A DNA stretch of 64,000 nt from an uncultured Gammaproteobacteria bacterium (GTDB lineage Bacteria; Pseudomonadota; Gammaproteobacteria; JACCXJ01): the NCBI GenBank assembly GCA_963764725.1, contig CAVXTM010000010.1, positions 1-64,000 of the forward strand, read 5' to 3'. Made by a program: the position numbers and the translations under genes. Below the pieces are notes generated by a model. It was given only the letters and a program-made list of their open reading frames with translations, did not search any database and was not told the origin of the DNA. Shown piece after piece: positions 54,301-62,774 of this stretch (the first letter of the stretch is position 1; the number at the start of each line of letters is the position of its first letter).

Positions 54301-56184
54301 GCGCACGGCATCGACGTCGAAACCCTCGCCCTCGCCATGCTTGAGCTGAAACTCTTGGATCCACACCGCCGCAGCCGGTGCTTTGATCTCGTAAGAACGA
54401 TCGGAGGCTACCGTGACACCCATGTTCTCGAGCATCGGCAAGACACCCGAGAGCGGAATCGAGGCGCGCGGGCGATAAAGCTTGAACGACAGCTCAGCGG
54501 CGGTGATCTCCGGAGCGCCGAAGAGATGCATCTCCAAGCGGCCGCTGGCGAGAGCCGACTCGATCTCGCCAATGTCATAGACTGTGCTCCGGGCGCTGAA
54601 GTCCTCCCGATACGCGACCGGAAAGGCATCGCGATAGCGGCCGAACAAATCATTGCCGGTCTCCTCCCCGTGCGCCTCCAAGAGCGCTTCGTGCAATCGG
54701 TCCTGCCAGGAACGTGTGGCCTCCGCGAGACGGGCCTCGATTTCTTGTACATCGTAATCCGCGCGGCCGCCGGACTTGGCGTGGACGATGAAATGGATGC
54801 GCGCCAAAGGCGATTCGGAGAGCGCCACCGTGAATTCCACCTCGGATGCGTCGAACGCGATGCGCAAGATCGCCTGCATGCGCTGCCGCAGCTCGGTGTG
54901 GAAGCGATCGCGCGGGGTGAACACCAGGCAAGAAAAGAAGCGGCCGTACGGATCCTCGCGCACGAACAGACGCACCCGCTGGCGTTCCTGAAGATGCATG
55001 ATCTCCATCGCGAATTGCAGCAACTCATCCTCGCCGATCTGGAACAATTCATCGCGCGGATAGGAGTCGAGGACAAACAAGAGCGCGCGCCGCGAGTAGC
55101 TTCCCGGGAGTAACCCGGAGCGCGCGATCACCCGCTCGATCTTATGACGCAGCAAGGGGATGGTCTTGGGATCGCTCTGGTAGGCGCTCGCGGTATACAA
55201 TCCCAAGAACCGGTGCTCACCGATCACCTCCGCCTTAGCGCCGAAGCGTTTCACGCCGATGTAATCGAGATAGCCGGGGCGGTGCACGGTCGAGCGCGAG
55301 CTCGACTTGGTGACGATGAGAGGATAGGGATCGAGGGCCAGGCGCTTGATCTCGGCGGGGAGCTCCGCGAAGCTGCGCGAGATTGCGGGCGCCATGCGCT
55401 CGCGTAGCAGACCGAGGCTGGATCCCGCTTCCACGGCGAGCTCTTCCGCCCCGTTGCTCCGGATGAGCCGATGGTTGCGGTATCCGAGCAGGACGAAGTT
55501 ATCCTGGGCTACCCATTCGAGAAAGGCAAGAGATTCGGGCACCGCCGGGTGCACCGGCGGGTGCGCGGATAGCTCTTGCAAGGCTCGTGACAGAGCGGCG
55601 CGCATCTGCGGCCAATCCTCGACCGCCATGCGCACATCATCGAGCGCCCGATGGAGGTCCTCTGTTAGCCGCTCCAAGGCCTGCGCGTCGGACTCGCGAT
55701 TGACCTCGGCATGGATAATCGACTCGAGGCCGCCCGCGTTGGCGTCCAGATCATGAACCGTCAGGAGATCCCCTTCAGGGTCGCGTTCCAAGCGCATGAT
55801 CGGGTGCACGATGAGGTGTACCGTGAACCCATGGCGATTGAGCGCCATGCTCACCGAATCCACCAAGAACGGCATGTCGTCGGTAACGATTTCTATGATC
55901 GTGTGGGTGGATTGCCAGCCATGCTTCTCGAAGCTCGGGTTGTACACACACAGCTTGCGATGGCCGGGCGCCCGGCGCCGCGCAAGCGTCCAGTGAACGA
56001 CGGCGGCGCCGAATAGATCTAGGGGCTGACTTTCGGCGAGGTCATCGGCCGCGACCCCAAGATAATACTGGCGCACGAAGCGCACGGCCGGCTCGGCATC
56101 CTCGGGGGCGAAGCGTTCGCGTGCGAGCGCGGCGAGATCGTCGATGAGCCCGGCTTTCCACTGTTCCGTACGCGCCGAAATCAT
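51343..56184 (-). CDS. gdhB: Large NAD-specific glutamate dehydrogenase
   Basis: DDMPFLVDS, ARGGVRWSDRREDFRTE, VAADKGTA, GDMAGDVFGNG; 1613 aa. Confidence 0.95.
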   Translation of the reverse strand: MISARTEQWKAGLIDDLAALARERFAPEDAEPAVRFVRQYYLGVAADDLAESQPLDLFGAAVVHWTLARRRAPGHRKLCVYNPSFEKHGWQSTHTIIEIVTDDMPFLVDSVSMALNRHGFTVHLIVHPIMRLERDPEGDLLTVHDLDANAGGLESIIHAEVNRESDAQALERLTEDLHRALDDVRMAVEDWPQMRAALSRALQELSAHPPVHPAVPESLAFLEWVAQDNFVLLGYRNHRLIRSNGAEELAVEAGSSLGLLRERMAPAISRSFAELPAEIKRLALDPYPLIVTKSSSRSTVHRPGYLDYIGVKRFGAKAEVIGEHRFLGLYTASAYQSDPKTIPLLRHKIERVIARSGLLPGSYSRRALLFVLDSYPRDELFQIGEDELLQFAMEIMHLQERQRVRLFVREDPYGRFFSCLVFTPRDRFHTELRQRMQAILRIAFDASEVEFTVALSESPLARIHFIVHAKSGGRADYDVQEIEARLAEATRSWQDRLHEALLEAHGEETGNDLFGRYRDAFPVAYREDFSARSTVYDIGEIESALASGRLEMHLFGAPEITAAELSFKLYRPRASIPLSGVLPMLENMGVTVASDRSYEIKAPAAAVWIQEFQLKHGEGEGFDVDAVRAKFQDAFAQVWSGVVENDGFNRLVLRARLEAREILVLRAYCRYLRHLGIAFSQSYMEDCMARNPGIARMLVDLFQARFDPQRKRRAGAISTLAAYVEGALDNVPSLDEDRILRAAFTLIQATTRTNYFQRDAAGRYKPYLSVKLNPALIPQLPKPRPMFEVFIYSARTEGVHLRSGKVARGGVRWSDRREDFRTEVLGLMKAQRVKNALIVPVGAKGGFVVKHPPAADGPEASHREGAACYEIFIRGLLDITDNRAGERVVAPRDVVRYDEDDPYLVVAADKGTAAFSDLANAIAREYGFWLGDAFASGGSAGYDHKRMGITARGAWEAVKHHFRDLGLDVASQDFTVAGIGDMAGDVFGNGMLQSRHIKLIGAFNHQHIFLDPNPDPESSYEERRRLFAQAGTTWADYDPALISRGGGVYPRAAKAVALSAEVKEALALQAERLTPAELIRALLKAPVDLLWNGGIGTFVKAQAESHAEIGDRSNDGVRVDAHELRCRVIAEGGNLGLTQRGRIEYALRGGRLNTDAIDNCGGVDCSDREVNLKIPLNAAAARGDLSEQMRNQLLAEMSEEVAGHVLHDCYRQVRAISIAEADARSQLEGYQRLMAALERDGLLDRTLEALPGEKTLAERKAAALGLTRPEIAVLLAYAKMDLYPEILASDLPDEPYLASVLERYFPAPLRQRFPQELLDHRLRREIIATIVTNSMVNRAGITFALRMHELTGRDVPAIARAYLAARDVFEVRALWDEIDRSENRAALTVQIELISETQRLVERATRWFLRRSRRPLDITAAVKQFGPAVQWFGQQLDQPAIGTEGQGVARSIETWTRQGVPQELAVKSARLRSLVHVLDISEIRMQAGLELGNVGTVYCDLGERLKIDWLRDQIENLPLQGSWQERARIDAGDELAALHSELTVLVLKAATEPAEGLVDRRSAPFRDALKRYHHLLGEIGNAERCDLAMVTVALAELRVLARCEFANAAQGSC

Positions 56185-56228
56185 TAGCAGAAAGACGCTA
56201 CCGTTCGCGAGGAGTTGCGAGACCAGAG

Positions 56229-57545
56229 CTAGGTAACACTCTTGATGAAAACCTTTGAATTGCGTTGATAGTTATACAGACCCTGCCGCGCGACGGGCAA
56301 GTCCTCGATACGCGCTTCCGTAAAGCCGCGCTCGATAAACCAATGGGCGGTGTGCGTGGTCAGTACGAACAAGGTTGTGAGACCTAAGCTTCGGGCGTTG
56401 GCTTCTAAATCGAGAAACAACTGGCTGCCGCGTCCCGCATCTTGGTAACTCGGGTGCACCGCAAGGCACGCAAGCTCGGCTACGCTTTCACGGGGATAAG
56501 GATACAGGGCTGCGCATCCGATGATGGCCCCATCCCGCACCAGTACGGTGAAATGATCCATTTCCATCTCAAGCTTCTCTCTTGAACGCCGCACCAGCAC
56601 CCCTTGGGCTTCGAGCGGCGCGATAAGCTCCAAGACGCCGCCGACATCATCGATTGTCGCCGGGCGTAGGTCATCGAAACGCGCCGCGCTCACCAGGGTC
56701 CCAATCCCGTCACGCTGAAACAACTCCAGCAGTAATGCCCCATCGGTGGCCTGGTCAATCAAATGCGTCCGGCCGACGCCGTTGCGCGAGGCTCGGATGG
56801 CGCACTCGAGCTCCGAGAGATCGTCGCCCGCGCTTCTGCGCTCGATGAGAAACTGCTGGGCTTCATGGTCCGTGAGCTGACGGACCAAGGTGCCCGATCC
56901 ATCCAGCACTCCGGGGGCGGCGAGCATGAAGATCAACTTGCTCGCACGCAGGCTGATCGCTACCGCCGTCGCGACCTCATCCGCATCAAGGTTGAACACC
57001 TCGCCGGACGGTGAATAACCCACGGGCGGGATCACAACGATATCGCCCTGATTCAATTGGGCATGGATGGCTTCCGCATCGACCCGCCGCACCTCCCCGG
57101 TATAGCGCAGATCGGTTCCGTCGCGCACACCCGAGGGCTTGGCCGTGATGAAGTTTCCCGAGGCGACGCGGATGCTGGCGTTAGCCATGGGCGAATTGGG
57201 CAGCCCCAGCGACAAGAGGGCTTCGATCTCGATACGCACGAGGCCGGCCGCCTCTTTCACACACCCGAGCGCCCGCTCGTCGGTCACCCGGAGACCATTG
57301 ACATAATGCATATCCGCGCGCGCGCTCTGTAGGCGCGCCTCGATCTGAGGCCGCGTGCCATACACCAAGACTTGCCGGATCCCCAGGCTATTGAGCAAGG
57401 CGATGTCATGTATCAGGCTCGGAAACCCTCGATCTAGGACCATCTCCCCGCCGAAACAGATGACGAAGGTGCGGCCGCGGTGATTATGGACATAGGGCGA
57501 TACGGCGCGAAACCAATCGACGAAATCTTGCGGGCCGGCCGGCAT
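56229..57545 (-). CDS. argA: Amino-acid N-acetyltransferase (N-acetylglutamate synthase)
   Basis: FVDWFRAVSPYVHNHRGRTFV AAK domain plus GNAT domain ending YNYQRNSKV. Confidence 0.95.
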   Translation of the reverse strand: MPAGPQDFVDWFRAVSPYVHNHRGRTFVICFGGEMVLDRGFPSLIHDIALLNSLGIRQVLVYGTRPQIEARLQSARADMHYVNGLRVTDERALGCVKEAAGLVRIEIEALLSLGLPNSPMANASIRVASGNFITAKPSGVRDGTDLRYTGEVRRVDAEAIHAQLNQGDIVVIPPVGYSPSGEVFNLDADEVATAVAISLRASKLIFMLAAPGVLDGSGTLVRQLTDHEAQQFLIERRSAGDDLSELECAIRASRNGVGRTHLIDQATDGALLLELFQRDGIGTLVSAARFDDLRPATIDDVGGVLELIAPLEAQGVLVRRSREKLEMEMDHFTVLVRDGAIIGCAALYPYPRESVAELACLAVHPSYQDAGRGSQLFLDLEANARSLGLTTLFVLTTHTAHWFIERGFTEARIEDLPVARQGLYNYQRNSKVFIKSVT

Positions 57546-57550
57546 TGCTT

Positions 57551-58709
57551 TCAAGCCCCGAGGCAATACTCGGCGATCAACGCTTCGAGAATCGACTGCA
57601 TCGGAGCCAAGCGCGCGCCGTCCACATACTCGTCGGGCTGATGAGCCTGCGCGATGTCCGCCGGCCCGCAGACGACGGTCTCGATGCCGAGCGCGTTCAG
57701 GAACGGCCCCTCGGTCGCGAAGCTGACCGTACCCGCGGGGAGGCCGGTGAGCCGTTCGAGCGATTGCACGATCGCCGAGTCGCGATCGGTCTTCATGGCG
57801 CCGATGCCCGCCACCAACGGCCGTACCTCGAAGGCGAGACCGCTCCCCTCGACGGCCCGCTCGACGCGCTTGGCGAGCGCTTGGTGTAGCGTATCCAACG
57901 GCATGCCCGGCAAAGTGCGGATATCGATCTGGATCTCGCATTCGGCGCAGATCCGGTTAGGGCTGTCGCCGCCGTGGATATTACCGAGATTAAGCGTCGG
58001 CTCCGGGACCTCGAAATCATGATCCGCATACTCCGCCTGCAGCTCGCCTCGCCATTCCATCAGGGCGCCCAGGACCCGGTACATACCGTCGATCGCATTC
58101 TTCCCGAGCTTCGGGTTGCTCGCATGCCCGGAACGCCCGCGGAGCCGAATGGATTCCAGCGTTACGCCTTTGTGCATATAGACAGGCTTAAGGGCCGTGG
58201 GCTCGCCGATGAGCGCGTAGCGCCCAAGCTTCTCGCCTGCGGCTGCGAGGGCGCGCATCCCGGCCATCGAGCACTCCTCGTCGGCGGTCGCGAGGACGAC
58301 GAGCGGACGCGTCAACGCCCGGAGATCCATAGTGCCAGCCGCGGCGAGGATCAAGGGGAAAAAATTCTTCATGTCGGCCGCACCGAGACCATAGAGCCTC
58401 CCGTCCCGCTCGGTGAGCGTGAAGGGATCAGTCGAACCAGTTGCCCTCGTCATAGGGCACGGTATCGGTGTGCCCGGAAAGGACCAAGCCCCCTTCTCCC
58501 GGACCGCTACGGGCGATCAGATTGAGCTTATCGGGATGATGCCGAAGCGGCATCAGCTCGGTTTGAAACCCCAGGTTCTCGCACCAATCCGCCAGGCATT
58601 CGACCACGGCGCGGTTGCCGTGGTCGTAGCGCGGATCGACGCTGCTCATCGAGGGGATCGCGATGAGCTGCGATAGCATTTGCACTAACGTAGGCAGTTG
58701 CGCCGCCAT
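57551..58709 (-). CDS. argE: Acetylornithine deacetylase, one frameshift near 58435
   Basis: LSGHTDTVP in the 58428-58763 ORF continues as GLGAADMK, ADEE, IGEPT, AHQPDE in 57551-58453. One extra T in TGG T TCG. Confidence 0.88.
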
Positions 58710-58784
58710 GTAAGGCCGCTCAAAGTCATGGAAAGCGGGATTGTACACGGGCCATGCGCTCAAGGCATCGGACCGTTGTGATGA
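58707..58784 (-). repeat. argE leader/promoter region, copy 1 of a direct repeat (continues at 61227-61244)
   Basis: 69/78 identical to 62775-62852; contains TACAAT and the argE ATG. Confidence 0.9.
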
Positions 58785-58878
58785 GGTAGTGTTTCAGTTT
58801 AAGTTTCGGCTTCCGACCCTTACGCGACGTTGCGGATCGAGTCGCGGCTGTCATACGGTCCTTGTTGCACCGGAGACG

Positions 58879-60990
58879 CTACTGGGCCAGGCAGCATTTT
58901 TTGTATTTCTTCCCACTTCCGCAGGGACAGGGATCATTACGGCCGACCTTTCTGTTTTTCGCGGCGGCCGCAACAATCTTTGCTGGTCTCTCGCCGACCC
59001 GAAGATGCTTGGTGAGTTCGTCCATCCTCCCGCTGCGCTCCCATTTGTAGTCCAAGCAAAGCCCGAATCTCAACGATGCTTCCTCGGGAAGGACGCATAC
59101 GCCAAACCAAGTCCTCGCCTTTTCAGTGTACTTTCGCATCTCGCAGTGCCCCTGCAACCTGGGACCCGAAATGTCGATCGGATCACTGTTGCAATGGATT
59201 GTGAGGCCCGTGCCCGCTGCTGTTATTCCTACCGTCAAATCGTGATGCTTGCGGTCCATTCGCGCCTGTTTTGCAATGTGGTCTATTCCGTTACTCACAT
59301 CGTTGACGGTGTCTTCGCTCAGAGTCAGCAGCAGAAACCCGAGGTCGATAGTCCCAGGGTCTGGCCTTGCCTCTATCTCGCGAACGATTTTTCCGATAGA
59401 AGTCGCCGCAGAACGGGTCAATATGCCGTCCGGAGTTGGCTTGCCAGGAATTCCGTCTCGGCGCACAGCCATGGCAACGTCTAAGTCCGATGAAATATCA
59501 TCAGACAACATCACCATGTCGTGCTCGTCGTCGAACCACAGGTTGTTCTTGAGATGATACGAAAGGATCGTCAACTCGTGCGACGCAAGTAGCCGATCCG
59601 AATAGTTCGTACGGCGATTCGTATAGCTTAGGAAATGCAACGGCGACTGAAGCATCTCAGTCATTGCATCCAGCAGAAAGACGTCCATGACGAAAGGAGG
59701 CTGAATCGTTTCTGTCTGCTCGAATCGGAGGAATTGGCGTGCCTGAAACGCAAGTGCCGGATAATGATCAGCTACCACGCAGAAGATGTATATCTCTTTG
59801 AGGGGGACCGGTATCTGAACTTCTCTGGAGTCAGCGGTCACCAGCTTGTAGATGGAGTCAGACAGGAGCTTTGCGCATTTGTATCCTTGGTCGTGCGAGT
59901 CTTGAATGCTCTTCTTAAAGTCGTCCTTGATGCGGCCGTCGTGTCCCTTGCGTGCTTCCAGAGTCAACCGCTTGGACTTCGCCTGAAGGACGATAGCTCT
60001 ATTTGCAAAGACGACCAGAACGTCGATCTCACCGGCTTTCCTCCCTTTGGCCCCAACGATGTAGACGTTGGAATAGACCTTGTCCTGCCCGAACACGAGT
60101 TCGAGTCGCTTGCGTGAAAATTCCTCAGTAAAGCGTCCCCTGTGACGCACGGCGTCGTTCACATAAGTCTTGTCGGCGCCCATCCAGTAGAAGGGCACTT
60201 CGTACAACGCCTCTACGAGGTTGTACGTCTGAAACAGTATGAATTCATCGCTGTTAAGACGAAGCAACGGTGAAGCGTTTGTAGCGTTGAAATCGTTGAT
60301 CGCCCGAAATCCACTATTGTTCTCACTTGGCGGCAACGAGAACGCGAGGAGCACTCTTTCGACATCGGCGATATCACAACCCGATTGGTCGGCCACCTCT
60401 AGCGCAGAAAATGTAAACCCAGGAAGCATTGTCCACTGCTCCGGCGGAGCCTTCTTGAGTGCCTTCAGTGTCGAGGCTGTTTTTCTGTTCTGAATCTCGC
60501 TCACTGCACGAACGACATTGCTTGCCTGCTGGATTGAGAAACCCTTATTGGTGATCAGCCAGGCGTCATCGTTCGCGTATTTTTTGATGGCTAGATCCCG
60601 GTATTGAAAGGTGTAGGCAGATTCGCCTCCATAGAAAATCGGCTCCCTCAATGCTGCTCCACTTGTTAATGGGTTCTCAGCTAGCTTTGCAGACATGGAG
60701 TTGTGCATTTCCTGGAGCAACGCTTCGGTTTTCTCCAAATAGTTTTGCATCACTACTGGCGTTGGCAGCGAGTAATTGATTTTTCCCTTGATAAGTAACC
60801 CGATCAGAGTGGAGATCTCAGTGCGTACCAATCTGTCCATTGAAAATAGATGCGGCATGTCTTCGGCCGTCATTTCTCCTTCGTAGCCGACCATGTTGTC
60901 TCGGAAGCACAGGTACGCTATTGCGTGCGCATACCCCGGCGAAGCACATATCTTCGCGAGGTCATCAAAGATTTCTTGCTCTTCGCGCAT
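58879..60990 (-). CDS. NERD/PD-(D/E)xK-like nuclease domain protein with C-terminal SEC-C motif
   Basis: FTE..SRKRL...GEIDVLVV...IVLQAKSK and KVGRNDPCPCGSGKKYKKCC; lower GC than the host genes. Confidence 0.8.
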   Translation of the reverse strand: MREEQEIFDDLAKICASPGYAHAIAYLCFRDNMVGYEGEMTAEDMPHLFSMDRLVRTEISTLIGLLIKGKINYSLPTPVVMQNYLEKTEALLQEMHNSMSAKLAENPLTSGAALREPIFYGGESAYTFQYRDLAIKKYANDDAWLITNKGFSIQQASNVVRAVSEIQNRKTASTLKALKKAPPEQWTMLPGFTFSALEVADQSGCDIADVERVLLAFSLPPSENNSGFRAINDFNATNASPLLRLNSDEFILFQTYNLVEALYEVPFYWMGADKTYVNDAVRHRGRFTEEFSRKRLELVFGQDKVYSNVYIVGAKGRKAGEIDVLVVFANRAIVLQAKSKRLTLEARKGHDGRIKDDFKKSIQDSHDQGYKCAKLLSDSIYKLVTADSREVQIPVPLKEIYIFCVVADHYPALAFQARQFLRFEQTETIQPPFVMDVFLLDAMTEMLQSPLHFLSYTNRRTNYSDRLLASHELTILSYHLKNNLWFDDEHDMVMLSDDISSDLDVAMAVRRDGIPGKPTPDGILTRSAATSIGKIVREIEARPDPGTIDLGFLLLTLSEDTVNDVSNGIDHIAKQARMDRKHHDLTVGITAAGTGLTIHCNSDPIDISGPRLQGHCEMRKYTEKARTWFGVCVLPEEASLRFGLCLDYKWERSGRMDELTKHLRVGERPAKIVAAAAKNRKVGRNDPCPCGSGKKYKKCCLAQ

Positions 60991-61160
60991 TTCTTACGTA
61001 ACTTGAAGTGTTCGCTGACACGTTGATCGCGCCCAGCTTCGGCACTTCTGCGTGTCCAGTGCGACTGTAGATCCTGCCGCATTACTAGAGAGCCGTCGTG
61101 CTCTCCGCGCGCCACCGCTCAGTGACCGCTACAGGAACAGGCTCATCAACGTCCGGAACT

Positions 61161-61198
61161 GGCCGAGGCTGTGTGGGTTTTTACACAACCTCGGCCGA
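61161..61198. mobile_element. Collapsed IS1182-like ends inserted in a palindromic site
   Basis: GGCCGA GGCTGTGT..TTTTACACAACC TC GGCCGA: a palindrome with duplicated GGCCGA. Confidence 0.5.
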
Positions 61199-61293
61199 TA
61201 GCCGAAATTCAATCTGAGACACTACCTGTGATAACGGCGGCGCCAATATCCCATTAGCCAACGTAGCGTGCGCCGTGCGCACGAACTACGATT

Positions 61294-61482
61294 TTATGAT
61301 AACGGCTCTCCGCCGCGAGCATTGGCCTCGAAGAGCGCCTCCTGGAAGTCCAGCGCAGCGCCTTGGAGGCGTTGTGTGATGACGAAGCGCTGTGCCTTCG
61401 GGAAGCGATCGCACTGCGGGAGCAGCCAGGTTAGCAAGTCGTAGGTCTGGGTTAGAATTACCAGCTCTTTGGCATCCGACAT
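61294..61482 (-). pseudogene. avd: Truncated DGR accessory protein Avd (four-helix bundle)
   Basis: ELVILTQTYDLLTWLLPQCDRFPKAQRFVITQRLQGAALDFQEAL is the N-terminal half of Avd; the C-terminal helices are missing. Confidence 0.75.
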
Positions 61483-61536
61483 GACGAGGAGGATCTGCTA
61501 AATAGTCTCTCGTAATTTCTTGAGCTCGCCCTATTC

Positions 61537-61674
61537 AATGTAGGGTGGGTGAGCCGCGGCGGCGTTACCCACCAACCGTCGGCCGCAGGCCGACACCTTG
61601 AGGTAAGGAGGCCCGCTACGCGGGCCGAGTCGGTGGGTTGCGGCATAAACAGCATGCCGAACCCACCCTACATT
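61537..61674. repeat. Inverted REP doublet (REPIN-like)
   Basis: AATGTAGGGTGGGT...ACCCACCCTACATT perfect 14-bp terminal IR; each unit is GTAG plus a hairpin. Another small GTAG hairpin lies at 61263-61283. Confidence 0.8.
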
Positions 61675-61796
61675 TCCGGAGTCTACAATTTCAAACATCT
61701 TCGGGCTACGTTTCAACGCAATAACGGCGTGGGATAACCTGTGGCTGGAGCACCTGGTTCAAGGCGATATCCGCTTCCTGCTCGCCGGGTTCAATA

Positions 61797-62756
61797 CTAT
61801 CGAGATGGGCCGGACCACTGCCCTTCGAGCTGCGCTGCTCCCGCAGGCGGAGCGCCGGTCGTGTTGTTGCCCCTGGAGACCGCCTCGATCTCGGCCTTGA
61901 GTTCCTCGACTTGCTGTACCGCTGCAGCTTGCTTGTCTGTTGGCGCCTGTTGCGCGACAACGGCCAGCAGGGACGCGAACAGTGGTTCCAAGTCCTTTGG
62001 CGAAATGCCCTGGGTAATCCTGTCGCGCCCGACGAAGTCACGGCCCGCGTGCGCGTCGCCGCCGACGTAGGCGCCACCGCCGGTATCGGTGTTCGTCTGC
62101 GTGCCGGTGTTGACGTTCCCGGTGTTTTTGCCGCCGACATGGACGCCACGGGCGCCGACCGCGGTCGCGCCCGGTCCTTGCGCGATCGCACCACTGCCGG
62201 CGAGGGTCGCCTGGTAGGTGTTGCCGTGAGGCGCGGCGGCGTCACCCTTGTCCGGCTTGAATTCCATGAAGCCGCCTGCAGCAAGCTTGTCCAGTTGCTG
62301 AGTGAAATGGAGTAACAGGCCCTCGGTGTTCTTGTAGCGAGTGTAGAAATGTCCTAGGGCGTCCAGCTTCTCCTGGAACGCAAACAGGCTCATCAAGTCC
62401 TTCTTGTTGGCACTGCTGAGGCTGACTTCGGCCTCCTTGAAGTAAGTGAAGATGAATGGCTTGTGGGTGGATTTGAATTGTTTGAAGGCGTGCTCGAACT
62501 CTTCCTCTGTGTACTTGCCGACCTTGGTCCAGAACAGCATCACGAAAATGTCGCACTCCCGGATGGCTTTGTTGTATTCGTCCTGTAGCCGGCTCTGCGA
62601 CATGGCGTCGAGGAAATCCTCCCACATGACGAGTTCAAGGTAGACGCCTTGATCTACCCAATGCTTGTTCTTGCGATTGATGAAGATCTCGAACTCTTTC
62701 CGGTCCTCCTTCAATTCAGCGGAGGAGGCGAGAAATATTTTCTTCGTTTGCGTCAT
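61797..62756 (-). CDS. TIR-like/DUF4062-like domain protein with Gly/Asn/Thr-rich amyloid-like motif
   Basis: KIFLASSAELKEDR...IRECDIFVMLFWTKVGKYTEEEF, followed by GSGAIAQG...VGGKNTGNVNTG...GGAYVGGDAHAGRDFVGRD. Confidence 0.75.
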   Translation of the reverse strand: MTQTKKIFLASSAELKEDRKEFEIFINRKNKHWVDQGVYLELVMWEDFLDAMSQSRLQDEYNKAIRECDIFVMLFWTKVGKYTEEEFEHAFKQFKSTHKPFIFTYFKEAEVSLSSANKKDLMSLFAFQEKLDALGHFYTRYKNTEGLLLHFTQQLDKLAAGGFMEFKPDKGDAAAPHGNTYQATLAGSGAIAQGPGATAVGARGVHVGGKNTGNVNTGTQTNTDTGGGAYVGGDAHAGRDFVGRDRITQGISPKDLEPLFASLLAVVAQQAPTDKQAAAVQQVEELKAEIEAVSRGNNTTGAPPAGAAQLEGQWSGPSR

Positions 62757-62774
62757 GGTGTTTCCTTGTACCGG

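Larger units (their letters stand above)
58785..61226. mobile_element. Non-autonomous cargo element with IS256-like TIRs and an 8-bp TSD
   Basis: Ends GGTAGTGTTTCAGTTTAAGTTTCGGC and (reverse complement) GGTAGTGTCTCAGATTGAATTTCGGC, 22/26 identical. Flanks TGTGATGA/TGTGATAA. No transposase inside. The empty-site equivalent is visible at 62845-62862. Confidence 0.85.

Noticed and set aside
57546-57941. N-terminal extension of ArgA in the 570-aa ORF
   Set aside because: It overlaps argE in another frame; the real start is ATG at 57545.
58879-60990. secA
   Set aside because: Only the SEC-C tail is shared; no DEAD-like ATPase motifs.
61718-61800. attC site (CAATAAC-GGCGTGG-GATAACC...GGTTCA)
   Set aside because: The left half is suggestive but there is no GTTRRRY R' box; too degenerate to call.
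61294-62756. Functional DGR
   Set aside because: avd is truncated; no RT and no TR/VR pair with adenine-specific mismatches was found. The argE-leader repeat mismatches are not restricted to A.
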